From an uncultured virus (IMG/VR IMGVR_UViG_3300046169_000098) (lineage: Duplodnaviria > Heunggongvirae > Uroviricota > Caudoviricetes), in IMG/VR virus record IMGVR_UViG_3300046169_000098: DNA of 64,000 nt; one strand, written 5' to 3'. A model generated the notes under the pieces. It worked only from the letters and a program-made list of their open reading frames with translations. It had not been told where the DNA came from and searched no databases. Below, in pieces: positions 37,723-47,764 of the stretch. Position 1 is the first letter of the stretch. Each line of letters opens with the position of its first letter. A program made the position numbers and the translations under genes.

Positions 37723-40167
37723 TTATTTGTTGAATCTTTTCTTAAACGCGTCAGCGTAGCTAGATGCATCATATCCAAGTGAAGGCTTATCTTCTGTCTT
37801 AGATTCGTTAACCATTGCTACTTTGTTTAAATCAACCTTAGTTTCTCTAAGATCTCTAGTTTGCCAAAAGTTTCTTACTTGGTATTCAGTGTTTAAAGTG
37901 TGATACTTAGATTGTGCACCAATTTGAGATTTTTTAGCTTCGCTTAAGTTTTCCCATGTTTCTTTGTATTCTAGTGGCATAGCCGCTAGGAAAAATGGTT
38001 CAGCGTTTTTATTCTCAACGATTAATTGAGATGATTCAATAATAGAAGTAATTTCTCTTTCAGTCATAAAACCTCTTTTAGATACTGCTGATCTAACTTC
38101 TGTTTTAGCGTCTTCGTTAAGAGCGTTATACTTTTCTATTGTAGATGATGATACGACTCTAAAGAAAGATGGATTTTCATTTTCTTTAATTTGAGCTGTT
38201 TCGATCAAATTGTTTAGTTTTGCAGAGATTTCGCTTTTATAAGCTTCTAATGGATCTTGTGCGCCATCTTCGCCTTCAGCTTCTTCTTCGCCTTCACCAG
38301 GTTCTGCTTCGTCAGTATTACCTGTTGGTGGAATTTCTTGATCACTGTTATCTAAATCAGATTCTAGATCTTCGCCTTCTTCACCAGCTTTGTGAGAATC
38401 AACATCACCTTCAGCTGAGTTATCGCCTATTTTGTCTAGTTCTTCTTCGCCTTTCTTAACAACTTCTTCACCTTCTTCTCCAGCGTCTTCACCTTCAACG
38501 TCTTCAGTCATTTCTTCAACTTCTTCTTCAGCTTCAACTTCTTCTTCAGCTTCAACTTCTTCTTCAGCTTCAACTTCTTCTTCAGCTTCTTCTTCACCTT
38601 CAGCTTCTTCTTCACCTTTAGAGTGCATTTCTTCTTCGTGATCTTCGATTTCATCTTTAGCAATATCAGAAACTTCATCTTCTAAATCTTCGCCTACGTG
38701 ATCTTCAGCATTATCAACTTCTTCTGGAGTATCTTCTACTTTGTCGTCTAGATCTTCAACTTCACCTTTGTCGTTGATGTCGTCTTCGATTTCTTCAGCT
38801 TTATCTTCACCAAGATCTTCAGCTGCGTCGTCTTCAATTTCTTCAACTTCTTTGCCAGCTTCTTCACCTTCGTCTTCAGTAACTTCTTTAGCACCTTCTT
38901 CGCCGTCTTCGATTTCATCTTCTAATTCGTCTGAATTATCTTCTGCTCTATCGTCAGCTTTTTCGTACTCTTCGCCGTCTGCGTCAACAACGTCTGGTGT
39001 TTCATCGACAGTTTCGTCTTCTAAGTCTTCAGCATCTACACCTGCACCGTCTTCAACTACTAAGTTTTCGTTGATTGATTCTGCAATGTATTCTGCATAT
39101 TCTGAAATAGATTGTAAGTTTTCTCTTAAGTATTCTACATAACCTAAAATATTAGCAGCTGAATCAGCGCCTTCGTTATGAGATTCTGCTAAATAGTTAG
39201 CGAAATCTTTTACTTTAGTAATAGACTCAGCTAAATGCTCAGAATATTGAATACCTTGATCTAATTTCTCAGCAACTGACTCAGTATATGAAATACCTTG
39301 ATCTGCTTTTTCAGCAACGTGCTCAGAATATTGAATAGATTGGTCTAGTTTCTCAGCTAAATAAGTAACATACTCTGATAATGTATTAACGTTATCAGCA
39401 ATATGATCATTGTGAGATTTAATGTTTTCTACAGTCATGTCTTCACTAGCATCAGCAGCTTTAGCGTCCATTGACTCTTTTATGCCTTTAATTTCTTTTG
39501 CTAGATATTCAGAATATCTATTAAAGTCTTCGGCTTTTACGAATTCCTCCATGTTTTTATTTTCTTTTATTTCTGTATTTAAGTTTTGAGTTTCAATATT
39601 TTCGGTAACGTTAGCTTCGCCCATTTCGTAAATGTATAAACCACCGTCTGTTGCATATCCGTAAGATTCATTAACTCTCTTAAGTTCTGCATTTTCAAAA
39701 CCAGGGTCAGCTACTAAATCGTAGGTGAATAGTTGTTTGATTTTTACTTTACCGTTTGATTCGACAGCGCCCGCTGCTCTTGATGAGATTTGTAATGGTA
39801 CACCAGCATCAACTAATGCTTTAGCTTGTCTACCTGCATCAGTATCTAATAGTCTGATTTTACCTCTTACTTCTTTGCTTTCTTTATCGTAAAAAAGTTC
39901 TTCAACGATGTGAGATACATTCTTTAATGAAGTGTCAAATTGCTGCGGGTGATCTAATTCACCTAACAATTTAGAAGATTCAATTTTCTGCTGAAGAGCC
40001 TCAATTTGAGGAACATATTCATCTTCAGTGTAGATTCTATTGTTTCTATTTTTTTGATCAATTTGACCAAATACTCCTTCGAGAACGTAATCTTTCTCCT
40101 CTGATGATGTTACATTCAGAGCCGATGACGACATTTCAACGATTAGCAAATCCTTTGCTTTTTTCAT
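37723..40167 (-). CDS. Prohead protease (gp21-like) fused to scaffold/core protein (gp22-like)
   Basis: LEGVF..NRNNRIY, LGELDHP, VSH, ISSRAAG, DLVADPG; then YSEYLAE repeats and a long acidic tract. Confidence 0.85.
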   Translation of the reverse strand: MKKAKDLLIVEMSSSALNVTSSEEKDYVLEGVFGQIDQKNRNNRIYTEDEYVPQIEALQQKIESSKLLGELDHPQQFDTSLKNVSHIVEELFYDKESKEVRGKIRLLDTDAGRQAKALVDAGVPLQISSRAAGAVESNGKVKIKQLFTYDLVADPGFENAELKRVNESYGYATDGGLYIYEMGEANVTENIETQNLNTEIKENKNMEEFVKAEDFNRYSEYLAKEIKGIKESMDAKAADASEDMTVENIKSHNDHIADNVNTLSEYVTYLAEKLDQSIQYSEHVAEKADQGISYTESVAEKLDQGIQYSEHLAESITKVKDFANYLAESHNEGADSAANILGYVEYLRENLQSISEYAEYIAESINENLVVEDGAGVDAEDLEDETVDETPDVVDADGEEYEKADDRAEDNSDELEDEIEDGEEGAKEVTEDEGEEAGKEVEEIEDDAAEDLGEDKAEEIEDDINDKGEVEDLDDKVEDTPEEVDNAEDHVGEDLEDEVSDIAKDEIEDHEEEMHSKGEEEAEGEEEAEEEVEAEEEVEAEEEVEAEEEVEEMTEDVEGEDAGEEGEEVVKKGEEELDKIGDNSAEGDVDSHKAGEEGEDLESDLDNSDQEIPPTGNTDEAEPGEGEEEAEGEDGAQDPLEAYKSEISAKLNNLIETAQIKENENPSFFRVVSSSTIEKYNALNEDAKTEVRSAVSKRGFMTEREITSIIESSQLIVENKNAEPFFLAAMPLEYKETWENLSEAKKSQIGAQSKYHTLNTEYQVRNFWQTRDLRETKVDLNKVAMVNESKTEDKPSLGYDASSYADAFKKRFNK

Positions 40168-40229
40168 ATTTATGGATTTTCTATTTTTAATATATATCCT
40201 TTAGTTATTATGTAATTATCTTATTACCT

Positions 40230-40598
40230 TTAGATGTCTCCTAGAGGATCATCCTCACCGCCTTCTTCGCCGTCTCCGCCTTCTTCTTTTTCAGCTTCTT
40301 TTTCAGCTTCAGCTTCTTCGGTTTTGACGTCATTGTAATATTTAATAATCACTTCAATTTCACCTTCACCAAATGCATTCTCTCCATACTGATCATAGAA
40401 ATACTTTTTAAATTCTTTCTCTGTTGGAAATGCATTAATAGCTCCAATAATTTCAACAGCTTTTACTGTTTTACCTGAATCTAGATCGATGTCATCGACA
40501 TAAACCTTTGATTCTTCGCCTACTCTTGTAGCTGCCTCAATAACTTTATTGTAGCTTTTCTCTTTAGCAAACGCTTCTATTGTTTTAATTACTTTCAT
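40230..40598 (-). CDS. Small acidic prohead core-like protein
   Basis: Position between portal and protease genes. Confidence 0.5.
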   Translation of the reverse strand: MKVIKTIEAFAKEKSYNKVIEAATRVGEESKVYVDDIDLDSGKTVKAVEIIGAINAFPTEKEFKKYFYDQYGENAFGEGEIEVIIKYYNDVKTEEAEAEKEAEKEEGGDGEEGGEDDPLGDI

Positions 40599-40622
40599 AA
40601 TAATTTATATATTCAATTTATT

Positions 40623-42221
40623 TTAGATGCCCATCCCATCATCTTCTTCTTCAGGAGCCTCAGCGTCTTCTCTAGCTTTTGCTGCTTTTGCAGCTTCATT
40701 TGATCTAATTTCATCATCAGACAATTTTAGATATTTTTTAACTAGGTATTCCTGATCGAAGTAATATTCTTCTTCCATTGTTTCTTGATTAGTAGTCATT
40801 AAGCTATCTCTCATAGATCCAATAAATTCAAGTCTTTTTTCCATGATTTCCATGTGCTTCATTTCAGCAAACATGTTTTCTTCATTGAATCTTAAAGCTA
40901 CTTGAGTTTTAAATTGTGGATCATCTACAAACTCTGGATATTTTAAACAGATTTGTAAATACAATGGCTTAACTAATATTTCTTGGAACGTAGATCTTAA
41001 ACGCTTGATAAATTTACCAAACTTAATCTCGTCTCTAATCATACCATCGGCTGCAAGGTTAAATTCCCCACCACCATCTTCATATAAGAATCTATTAAAT
41101 GGTATCTTAGATACGTGTTTTAATTTATCTGAGAAATATTTAAGTGCTTCAGTGTCGTTTAGTTCTGGACCTTCACCACCAAGAGTTTCAATTTCTGGTG
41201 AATCACCGTCCTTAGAAGGTAACCAATATTCTTTACTAAACTGGAGCATTGGTTTACCATCAGTTGAAAGAGAAGCTGAGTCCCAATCGAAATCTACTTG
41301 TTCTTTATAAGAATTCATTAACTGAGAAAGTGATTGCTTTGCTCTTGTTTTAGATTTACCACCAACTGGGATAATAAACTTCATTCTAAACGAAGCATTG
41401 GTAACAGACCAGATCACTCTAGTGTGTTCCATAATTCTAAGTAGGTTAAATGCTCTTACTAATCTTTCTAAGTAAGAGACTCTTGATGCTGTTGTAATAG
41501 ACGAATAAGATACGTATATGATTTGTGAATCGTATAATTTTCTTTCTTTTACTGGATCATCTTTATATTGTACCCAAACCTTTTTACCATCGTCAGTATT
41601 ATAACCTGGGATTAATGTAACAGGATCAAGTTCTTTAAAACCTATAATTTCTTTTTGGTCAGGGGAATAAATTATTTCAAATGCCAAATAACCATCTATC
41701 AAGAATTTTCTATAGTAGTACCATGCCGATTGATCTTCTGTAAAACCAAAATAGTGATAGATTTGTCTAAAGTATCTGTTAAGATCTTTGTTTACCTTAT
41801 CAGATATGTCAAGTCCTAATACTTCAGGTTGAGCGAAGAAATTCTTTTCATCATATACGATAGTCTCATCACATAGAATATCTAAAATATCTTCAATTTC
41901 ATCATTGGTTGAGAATCTTCTTAATTCATCTCTTTTTGTTAGATAATCTTTATCAAAGAATGGAATATTCTTCTTAAGATTAATGTCGGTCATGGACATG
42001 GCTGCGAATGCACCGTAGATGTCGTCATTGTCATATCCAAATGGGTTCATTTCCCCATACCCTATTTGGGCTTCCATTGGACCGATGGCTTGTGACTGTC
42101 TAAGTACTAGATCATCATAGCGCATACCGAAACTACTCAAGGTTTTAAGTGCACTTGAGAGGCTAAACGGTTTTGTATTGACGCTCAATGGCCCGTTTCT
42201 TTTATCTGTAAATCCTGCCAT
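40623..42221 (-). CDS. gp20: Portal protein (gp20-like)
   Basis: SYLERLVRAFNLLRIME, EYWLP.KDG..EIETL.G, RDEIKFGKFIKRLR. Confidence 0.93.
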   Translation of the reverse strand: MAGFTDKRNGPLSVNTKPFSLSSALKTLSSFGMRYDDLVLRQSQAIGPMEAQIGYGEMNPFGYDNDDIYGAFAAMSMTDINLKKNIPFFDKDYLTKRDELRRFSTNDEIEDILDILCDETIVYDEKNFFAQPEVLGLDISDKVNKDLNRYFRQIYHYFGFTEDQSAWYYYRKFLIDGYLAFEIIYSPDQKEIIGFKELDPVTLIPGYNTDDGKKVWVQYKDDPVKERKLYDSQIIYVSYSSITTASRVSYLERLVRAFNLLRIMEHTRVIWSVTNASFRMKFIIPVGGKSKTRAKQSLSQLMNSYKEQVDFDWDSASLSTDGKPMLQFSKEYWLPSKDGDSPEIETLGGEGPELNDTEALKYFSDKLKHVSKIPFNRFLYEDGGGEFNLAADGMIRDEIKFGKFIKRLRSTFQEILVKPLYLQICLKYPEFVDDPQFKTQVALRFNEENMFAEMKHMEIMEKRLEFIGSMRDSLMTTNQETMEEEYYFDQEYLVKKYLKLSDDEIRSNEAAKAAKAREDAEAPEEEDDGMGI

Positions 42222-42252
42222 ACTTTTTAATTTATGTTATGTTTTATATATC

Positions 42253-42847
42253 TCATTTCTTTAAGTGGTTTCTAAATGCTTCCTGGATCTTGTTCAAGTC
42301 GCTACCATTAATGTCTGCAAAGTCTAAAATCGCTATTTTGGCCCAACTTTCATAAGACACAGCCTTTTGATTTGATTTAAGATTTGGAATGTATTGTCTG
42401 ATTGCAAAATCGAAGCCATACTCTTTTAGAAATCTCTTTGCACCTTCATAAGTGAACTTAAGCTCACTTTGTTTTTTTGCATTATCTGCAGAACCACCTT
42501 TCTTTTGGTTTTCTATTTGACCTTTCATTTGTTCATAAACAAAATCTAGTAAGTCTTCTTTTATATTGGGTGGTAATAAGTTTAAATTTATGCCACAGTC
42601 ATTTCCAAAATCAGTTGGATCTAATGCTAGTACAACTGGATTAGCATCGAACCATGCTATTCTGTCAATGTGTTTGGGTTTTTTATATTCAAAAACATAT
42701 ATCTTTCCTGGTTCAAATGGTCCTACGAGTATCTGCAATACTTTTTGTTTTACCCTTATCAAACCATTTTTTAGCCTCATTGATGGCTTTGCCTTTATTA
42801 CCAGCTGATTTAAATAGTTGCTTTATGTCTTTTTTGATTTGACCCAT
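42253..42847 (-). CDS. gp2: DNA end protector (gp2-like; frameshift near 42722)
   Basis: PGKIYVFEY, D.NPVV, GINLNLLPP, AIRQY; start MGQIKKD at 42847. Confidence 0.7.
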
Positions 42848-42850
42848 TAT

Positions 42851-43321
42851 TTAAGTGACTTTTCTGTAAGTACGATAAATCTCCAGCCCCTGTTTTCTGA
42901 CCAGGCTCCTGGCATACTTATATTTATCCATATTCTTGACATACTGCTCAGCTAAAAACTTATAGGATTTAATAGCTCCCTTGCTTCTCTTTTTTGGTGG
43001 TTGTGGTTTTTTAATTTGAGCTTCTGGTTTTATTTCAACTAGAAACTCTTCGAATCCATCTTCGGTTTTAGTTTTCATGTAAAAGTCAGGATAATATTTA
43101 TGCTCTCTTTTATCAAAAGACCAGATATACTTGATTTCAACTGGCTCACTTGCCCATTTTACAACATTATCTTTAGTGTCACACATTATCATAAACTTTC
43201 TTTCCCAAGAGGATCTGTATATTATCGGTGTTGGGCCAATATATTTTTCTGGATTAGTTGGGGTAAAATATCCCTGTACAAATCCTGAATTATTAGTTGG
43301 TCTAACATTTTTTATTGACAT
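42851..43321 (-). CDS. gp4: Head completion nuclease (gp4-like)
   Basis: P.NPEKY.G, YRSSWE, WASEP, YYPDF, VEIKP. Confidence 0.85.
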   Translation of the reverse strand: MSIKNVRPTNNSGFVQGYFTPTNPEKYIGPTPIIYRSSWERKFMIMCDTKDNVVKWASEPVEIKYIWSFDKREHKYYPDFYMKTKTEDGFEEFLVEIKPEAQIKKPQPPKKRSKGAIKSYKFLAEQYVKNMDKYKYARSLVRKQGLEIYRTYRKVT

Positions 43322-43699
43322 TATATATTGAACATTCCACTTTCGCCGCTAGAATCTTTAGATGAAATCTTATCCATTGAAAGCGTATTTTTATATTTTT
43401 GAGGGTGTATTTTATTCCATCCCTTTGGCATATCCTCTCTTTGCTATCTCTGTAAAATACGCAAATGCATTGGTATACTTTGGGTTGAAATTACGCCAGT
43501 ATTTTAGTAAATCTAACATTGCAAATTGTAAACAGTCATCTCTGTCATCATTATTTACATACGTTAATTTATTTATTGCTCTTTCTGCGAGTAACATTAA
43601 CATTTTCTCTGCAGTAGGTGTCAATTTATCTTGATCTTTAGATTCTACGATTGCGTTGTAAAGATCTTTATTGTTGAGGTAATTTTTCTTTCTAGCCAC
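43321..43699 (-). CDS. gp55: Late-transcription sigma factor (gp55-like; frameshift near 43420)
   Basis: YLNNKDL, DDCLQFAM..LKYW.NFNP...NAFAYFTEI. Confidence 0.8.
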
Positions 43700-43720
43700 T
43701 TTGTCCTATTTAGTTTAAGG

Positions 43721-43748
43721 TTATACGAAAAAAAGCCCATTTGTTTCC
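43721..43748 (-). promoter_or_regulatory. Middle-type promoter GAAAC-N17/18-TATAA; other copies at 2443, 2893, 4544, 7718, 16424, 31127, 33629, 52645, 55053, 56287
   Basis: Eleven copies at gene boundaries with fixed 17-18 nt spacing (31127 copy reads TAAAC). Confidence 0.8.
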
Positions 43749-43782
43749 AAACGGGCTTAAGTATTAATTATATTAGATTAGT

Positions 43783-44964
43783 TTAGACTCCTGAGCCTGC
43801 TTCTAACTCAACTCTAAATTTTTCAATTCTAAGCGGTTCGTCATTTGCAAAAACAGTTAGTGTGTCATCTTTTCCAGCTGCCGCGTATTCTACTGCATCT
43901 ACTTTGATGGCATCTCCAATTTTTAAACCTTCAGCTTCTCTAGAAATAGTTGCATCTAAATATCCGTCAGATAGTCCAAGTAACTCTTCATTTTGAGCGT
44001 CTGTTAATTCTTCACTCAATCTAGCTATTTCTGTATTGATCAAATTATCCGCTGCTTTAATATCTGGTAGATTTCTATCAGCTTCTGCTATACGTCCTTT
44101 TTGATCTTTTAGAAATGCGATCATTTCATGTAGTTGAGCAATTTTAGTTCTTTTAGCATCTCTTCTCTCAGAAAATGATTCTAAAATATCTTCAACTAAA
44201 AATGTCACATCTGCACCTGTGTGTTCTGCAACATAATCAATCGCTGCGTCTGGTAATAATTTAGAAAATTTACCGATAGTAGTTTCTTCGTTTAATCTCC
44301 AAACATAAACGTTATGTCCAGCTTTCATTGTTGCTATAGAAATATTGTTAGATCTAGATTCTACTATAAAATCTAATCTTTTATAAACGCTGTGGTTTTT
44401 ACCAGTAAATTCAAATAATCTAAATAATGATTTATCTTCATATTTGATATATCCTGAAGCAAATATAGATTCTACTACAGAATCACTGTGATTTAAGATC
44501 TCAATGTTATTTGCGAAAACTGTATTTTCACTTACGTTGTATGTGAATCTAATTGCTCTAGGAGATCTATTCATTGTAGAAAGAAACGCTTCTAATAGAG
44601 CGATTTCATTCTTAGCTTCATTTAAAGCTTCTGTAGATTTTCCTAGCTTTACAGTTTTAGTACTTTCTTTTAAGAAAGCTAATTTTTCCTGAGCTTCGAT
44701 TGTTTTGTTGAAATTATCGAATGCACTTTCATCTATCGAAGACACTATTGATTTATTATTGTAGTCGTAGATAAAGTCAACACTATTTTCGTTAATGTTA
44801 AATGTTCTTTGACCTGCTATTAATGAATTAAAATCTGCATTAGCCTCGTTGAACATGTCAATGTGGCTTCCAACTATTTTAAAATTTTGGCCAGCAACAT
44901 TGAAAACATAGCCATTTCCGTGTTCTAAAACAGGTGAAATAATGTTTTTATTTAATTTTGCCAT
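43783..44964 (-). CDS. Hypothetical late (structural) protein
   Basis: 393-aa ORF with late motif upstream. Confidence 0.65.
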   Translation of the reverse strand: MAKLNKNIISPVLEHGNGYVFNVAGQNFKIVGSHIDMFNEANADFNSLIAGQRTFNINENSVDFIYDYNNKSIVSSIDESAFDNFNKTIEAQEKLAFLKESTKTVKLGKSTEALNEAKNEIALLEAFLSTMNRSPRAIRFTYNVSENTVFANNIEILNHSDSVVESIFASGYIKYEDKSLFRLFEFTGKNHSVYKRLDFIVESRSNNISIATMKAGHNVYVWRLNEETTIGKFSKLLPDAAIDYVAEHTGADVTFLVEDILESFSERRDAKRTKIAQLHEMIAFLKDQKGRIAEADRNLPDIKAADNLINTEIARLSEELTDAQNEELLGLSDGYLDATISREAEGLKIGDAIKVDAVEYAAAGKDDTLTVFANDEPLRIEKFRVELEAGSGV

Positions 44965-45003
44965 CTCTTTTAAGATTTTTTATTTACTATATATATCATT
45001 CTA

Positions 45004-46050
45004 CTATTCATCGAATGGTAAGTCACGCCCTGTGACGTTATAATTGTCCCCCAACATAGTTCTTTCTTGGTCGGTTAATTTATCTTCTAGATTTATTGAA
45101 GAATTACCAATTGTGAACATTCTATTACTTTGTTTTCTTCTTTTGGTAACGTTAACGATCTCTTCTCTAAGCTCTAGTCTTTCTCCTAAGTTCTCGTCAT
45201 CGCATATACCTGTTTGTAGCCAAACTTCACCGTTAAATTCCCATTTTGCACCCGTTGAATTATCACAATATACGTGTCCAACTGGAATACCAGTTATAAA
45301 TCCATTAGGATCTCCGAAATTACCTTTAGCTCCAAGTGAAAAGTATTCAGTGGTATATTTTCTAATTTGATCTTCTTCAAATTGGAAATCAGGAATAAAT
45401 GAATTTATCTCTAAGCTAAAAGTTACTTTATGATTTCCTTTATCGTCGAATCCATATTCAATTGGTCTTTCTTGTGTGTAATCATCTGGCATCATGTATT
45501 GTGAACTTATTCTATATGTACCGTCTTCAATATGTCCAGCATCTACATGATAGAAATTAGCCTTATACATTTTTTTAACAAGTGCTTCTGTTACTTTAAA
45601 CAAATCTAATTGACTTGAAAGCAAAATTTCAATATCTACACCTACATTAACAGGAATCATTTGAAATTCTGCAACAAAACCTTCCATAAAACCCTCATCG
45701 TTGATTCTGTTATAATTACCTAAATTTCTTTTGTTAACTAATTTAGATGGATCAACTGCAAATGATGTTAGATTAACAATTCCTCTTGGAACTTTGTCAT
45801 AGTTTCCATCTGCAAATTCTCCATCTGGATCACAACCAACTCCATTTGCATTAGAAAATAAAAATGCATCTTTTAGGAAGTTTTCATCCCCAGAAACAGA
45901 ATAAAAAAATGGAACATCGACAACTACTCTATTATCATTCGTAAGTTGTCTCTTAAAACTTAATTTACTATTTAGATCTGCTAATAGACCTATAATGATA
46001 TGTCTAATAACTGAATCGTCTTTGTTGTATTTAAGATTATATGTAGCCAC
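45004..46050 (-). CDS. Tail completion/sheath stabilizer (gp15-like)
   Basis: SVIRHIII, VPFFY, VPR....FAVDPSK, PVNV..DI.IL. Confidence 0.6.
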   Translation of the reverse strand: MATYNLKYNKDDSVIRHIIIGLLADLNSKLSFKRQLTNDNRVVVDVPFFYSVSGDENFLKDAFLFSNANGVGCDPDGEFADGNYDKVPRGIVNLTSFAVDPSKLVNKRNLGNYNRINDEGFMEGFVAEFQMIPVNVGVDIEILLSSQLDLFKVTEALVKKMYKANFYHVDAGHIEDGTYRISSQYMMPDDYTQERPIEYGFDDKGNHKVTFSLEINSFIPDFQFEEDQIRKYTTEYFSLGAKGNFGDPNGFITGIPVGHVYCDNSTGAKWEFNGEVWLQTGICDDENLGERLELREEIVNVTKRRKQSNRMFTIGNSSINLEDKLTDQERTMLGDNYNVTGRDLPFDE

Positions 46051-46093
46051 TTAATTAAAGTATGTATTTATGGTTGTTTTATATATCATGACT

Positions 46094-47764
46094 TTATTCT
46101 ATGCTTTCTATAGATAGTTTTGAAAAGCCATTTTCTCTATAAATTTGTATCTTCTTGTCAAATATTTCATGAGGTAGTACAGTGTGATTAATTACAAATG
46201 TATTAATCTTATTTTCTTTAATAACTTGATTTAAAATCTTTAAGATATTGTATACACCATCATGGTCAACTGAAGACAGAAGCTCATCTAAAAACAACAT
46301 GTTAAGTTGTGGAAATCTTAGTTTAAGTATTTTAATAATTGCAATGATAATAATAAAATCTGCCTTCTTTCTTTCACCAGTAGACAAAGTCATTGGATTA
46401 ATATCTTCACCTAAGTGATTAATAATACAATTAAATTTTTCATCGAATCTTATATGAAATGGCAAGTGCATGGTTTGAGCCATTGCTGCAATATTAGTAT
46501 TAAGTCCTGGTAAAATAGTTTTTACTGCTAGGTTTTTGACACCATCCTCACCTAAAATGTTTTCAACTATTTCCATGAAGCTATAATCTCCATTTAGGTT
46601 ATCTTTGCTTTTAGATTTTTCAGATTCTTTTTCTTCAAACTCTGTAATTAAATTTCTTAAATGATCAAAATCACCTCCGGCTGGTGTGTTCTTTAATTTA
46701 AGCAATTCACCTTTAAGGCCTCTCATTGTAACTTTATGATCAGAAATTTGAGACTCTAATTCTAGTTTAGATTCTCTAGCATCCGTTACTCTTTCTGATA
46801 AACCATCCATCTCGCCCTTAAGCGACTTAATAGTGTCCATGTTGGTTTTAATATTATCTTCAAATTCACATATTTGGTTTGTGTGCCAATCAGAAGTTAA
46901 TTTAGTTTCACACGTTGGACAATGGCCACTTTCATATAATTTTAACTTCTTATTTAGATAATCAATTTCTCTTTTAATGTCTTTGGCCTCTGAATGCTTA
47001 TCATTATATTGGGTATTGAACTTATTCATCTCACTTTCGTGATTTGTTCTATCTTTGTCTAATGCATCTACTGTGGACTTAAGAGAAACTAAACTTTCTT
47101 TTAATTCCTCTATTTTTGATTTATTTGCAGTGGTTGATTCTTCTAATAAAGTATTAAGCTTACCTCTAACAGAACCTATTGAATTCATAATTTCATTGAG
47201 TTCACTTTCATATGAATCAATATCCATCTTAACCTGTCTTCTTTCATCCTTTATTTGACGTTGCATGTCATTAAGAATAGAAAAACCAAACATCTTATCG
47301 ATGATTTGTTTTTTATCTTGATTAGACATGGTTAAAAATGATTTAAAATCATTTACTGATAAAATAATAATGTTTTTGAATACGTGATATGGAATACCGA
47401 AAACCTCTTCTTCTAGATAATCTTGTACAGATTTTTTGCCAGCTTTATCGAATTCTACGCCATTTAATTTGACACTAAATTTATTAGGCAATAATCCTCT
47501 TTCTATTTCGACATTAAGTGCTCCGCATTTTAATCCAATACGGACATACAGTTCTTTATTGATTCTATTTGGTAGATCAGATAATTTGACACCTTCGACT
47601 TTACCGTAAAGCGCATATATCATTGCGTTAGCAATAGTAGTTTTACCATCACCGTTTTTACCAAGCGTCAAAAATAATTCAGAAGTTGTTTGTTCAAATT
47701 CTAATCTTTGCAACTGGTTTCCATAACTCGCAAAATTCTTAAACTCTATAAAATCTATTCTCAT
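46094..47764 (-). CDS. gp46: Recombination ATPase (gp46/SbcC/Rad50)
   Basis: GKNGDGKTT, CPTC hook, LSTGE, LFLDE. Confidence 0.92.
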   Translation of the reverse strand: MRIDFIEFKNFASYGNQLQRLEFEQTTSELFLTLGKNGDGKTTIANAMIYALYGKVEGVKLSDLPNRINKELYVRIGLKCGALNVEIERGLLPNKFSVKLNGVEFDKAGKKSVQDYLEEEVFGIPYHVFKNIIILSVNDFKSFLTMSNQDKKQIIDKMFGFSILNDMQRQIKDERRQVKMDIDSYESELNEIMNSIGSVRGKLNTLLEESTTANKSKIEELKESLVSLKSTVDALDKDRTNHESEMNKFNTQYNDKHSEAKDIKREIDYLNKKLKLYESGHCPTCETKLTSDWHTNQICEFEDNIKTNMDTIKSLKGEMDGLSERVTDARESKLELESQISDHKVTMRGLKGELLKLKNTPAGGDFDHLRNLITEFEEKESEKSKSKDNLNGDYSFMEIVENILGEDGVKNLAVKTILPGLNTNIAAMAQTMHLPFHIRFDEKFNCIINHLGEDINPMTLSTGERKKADFIIIIAIIKILKLRFPQLNMLFLDELLSSVDHDGVYNILKILNQVIKENKINTFVINHTVLPHEIFDKKIQIYRENGFSKLSIESIE

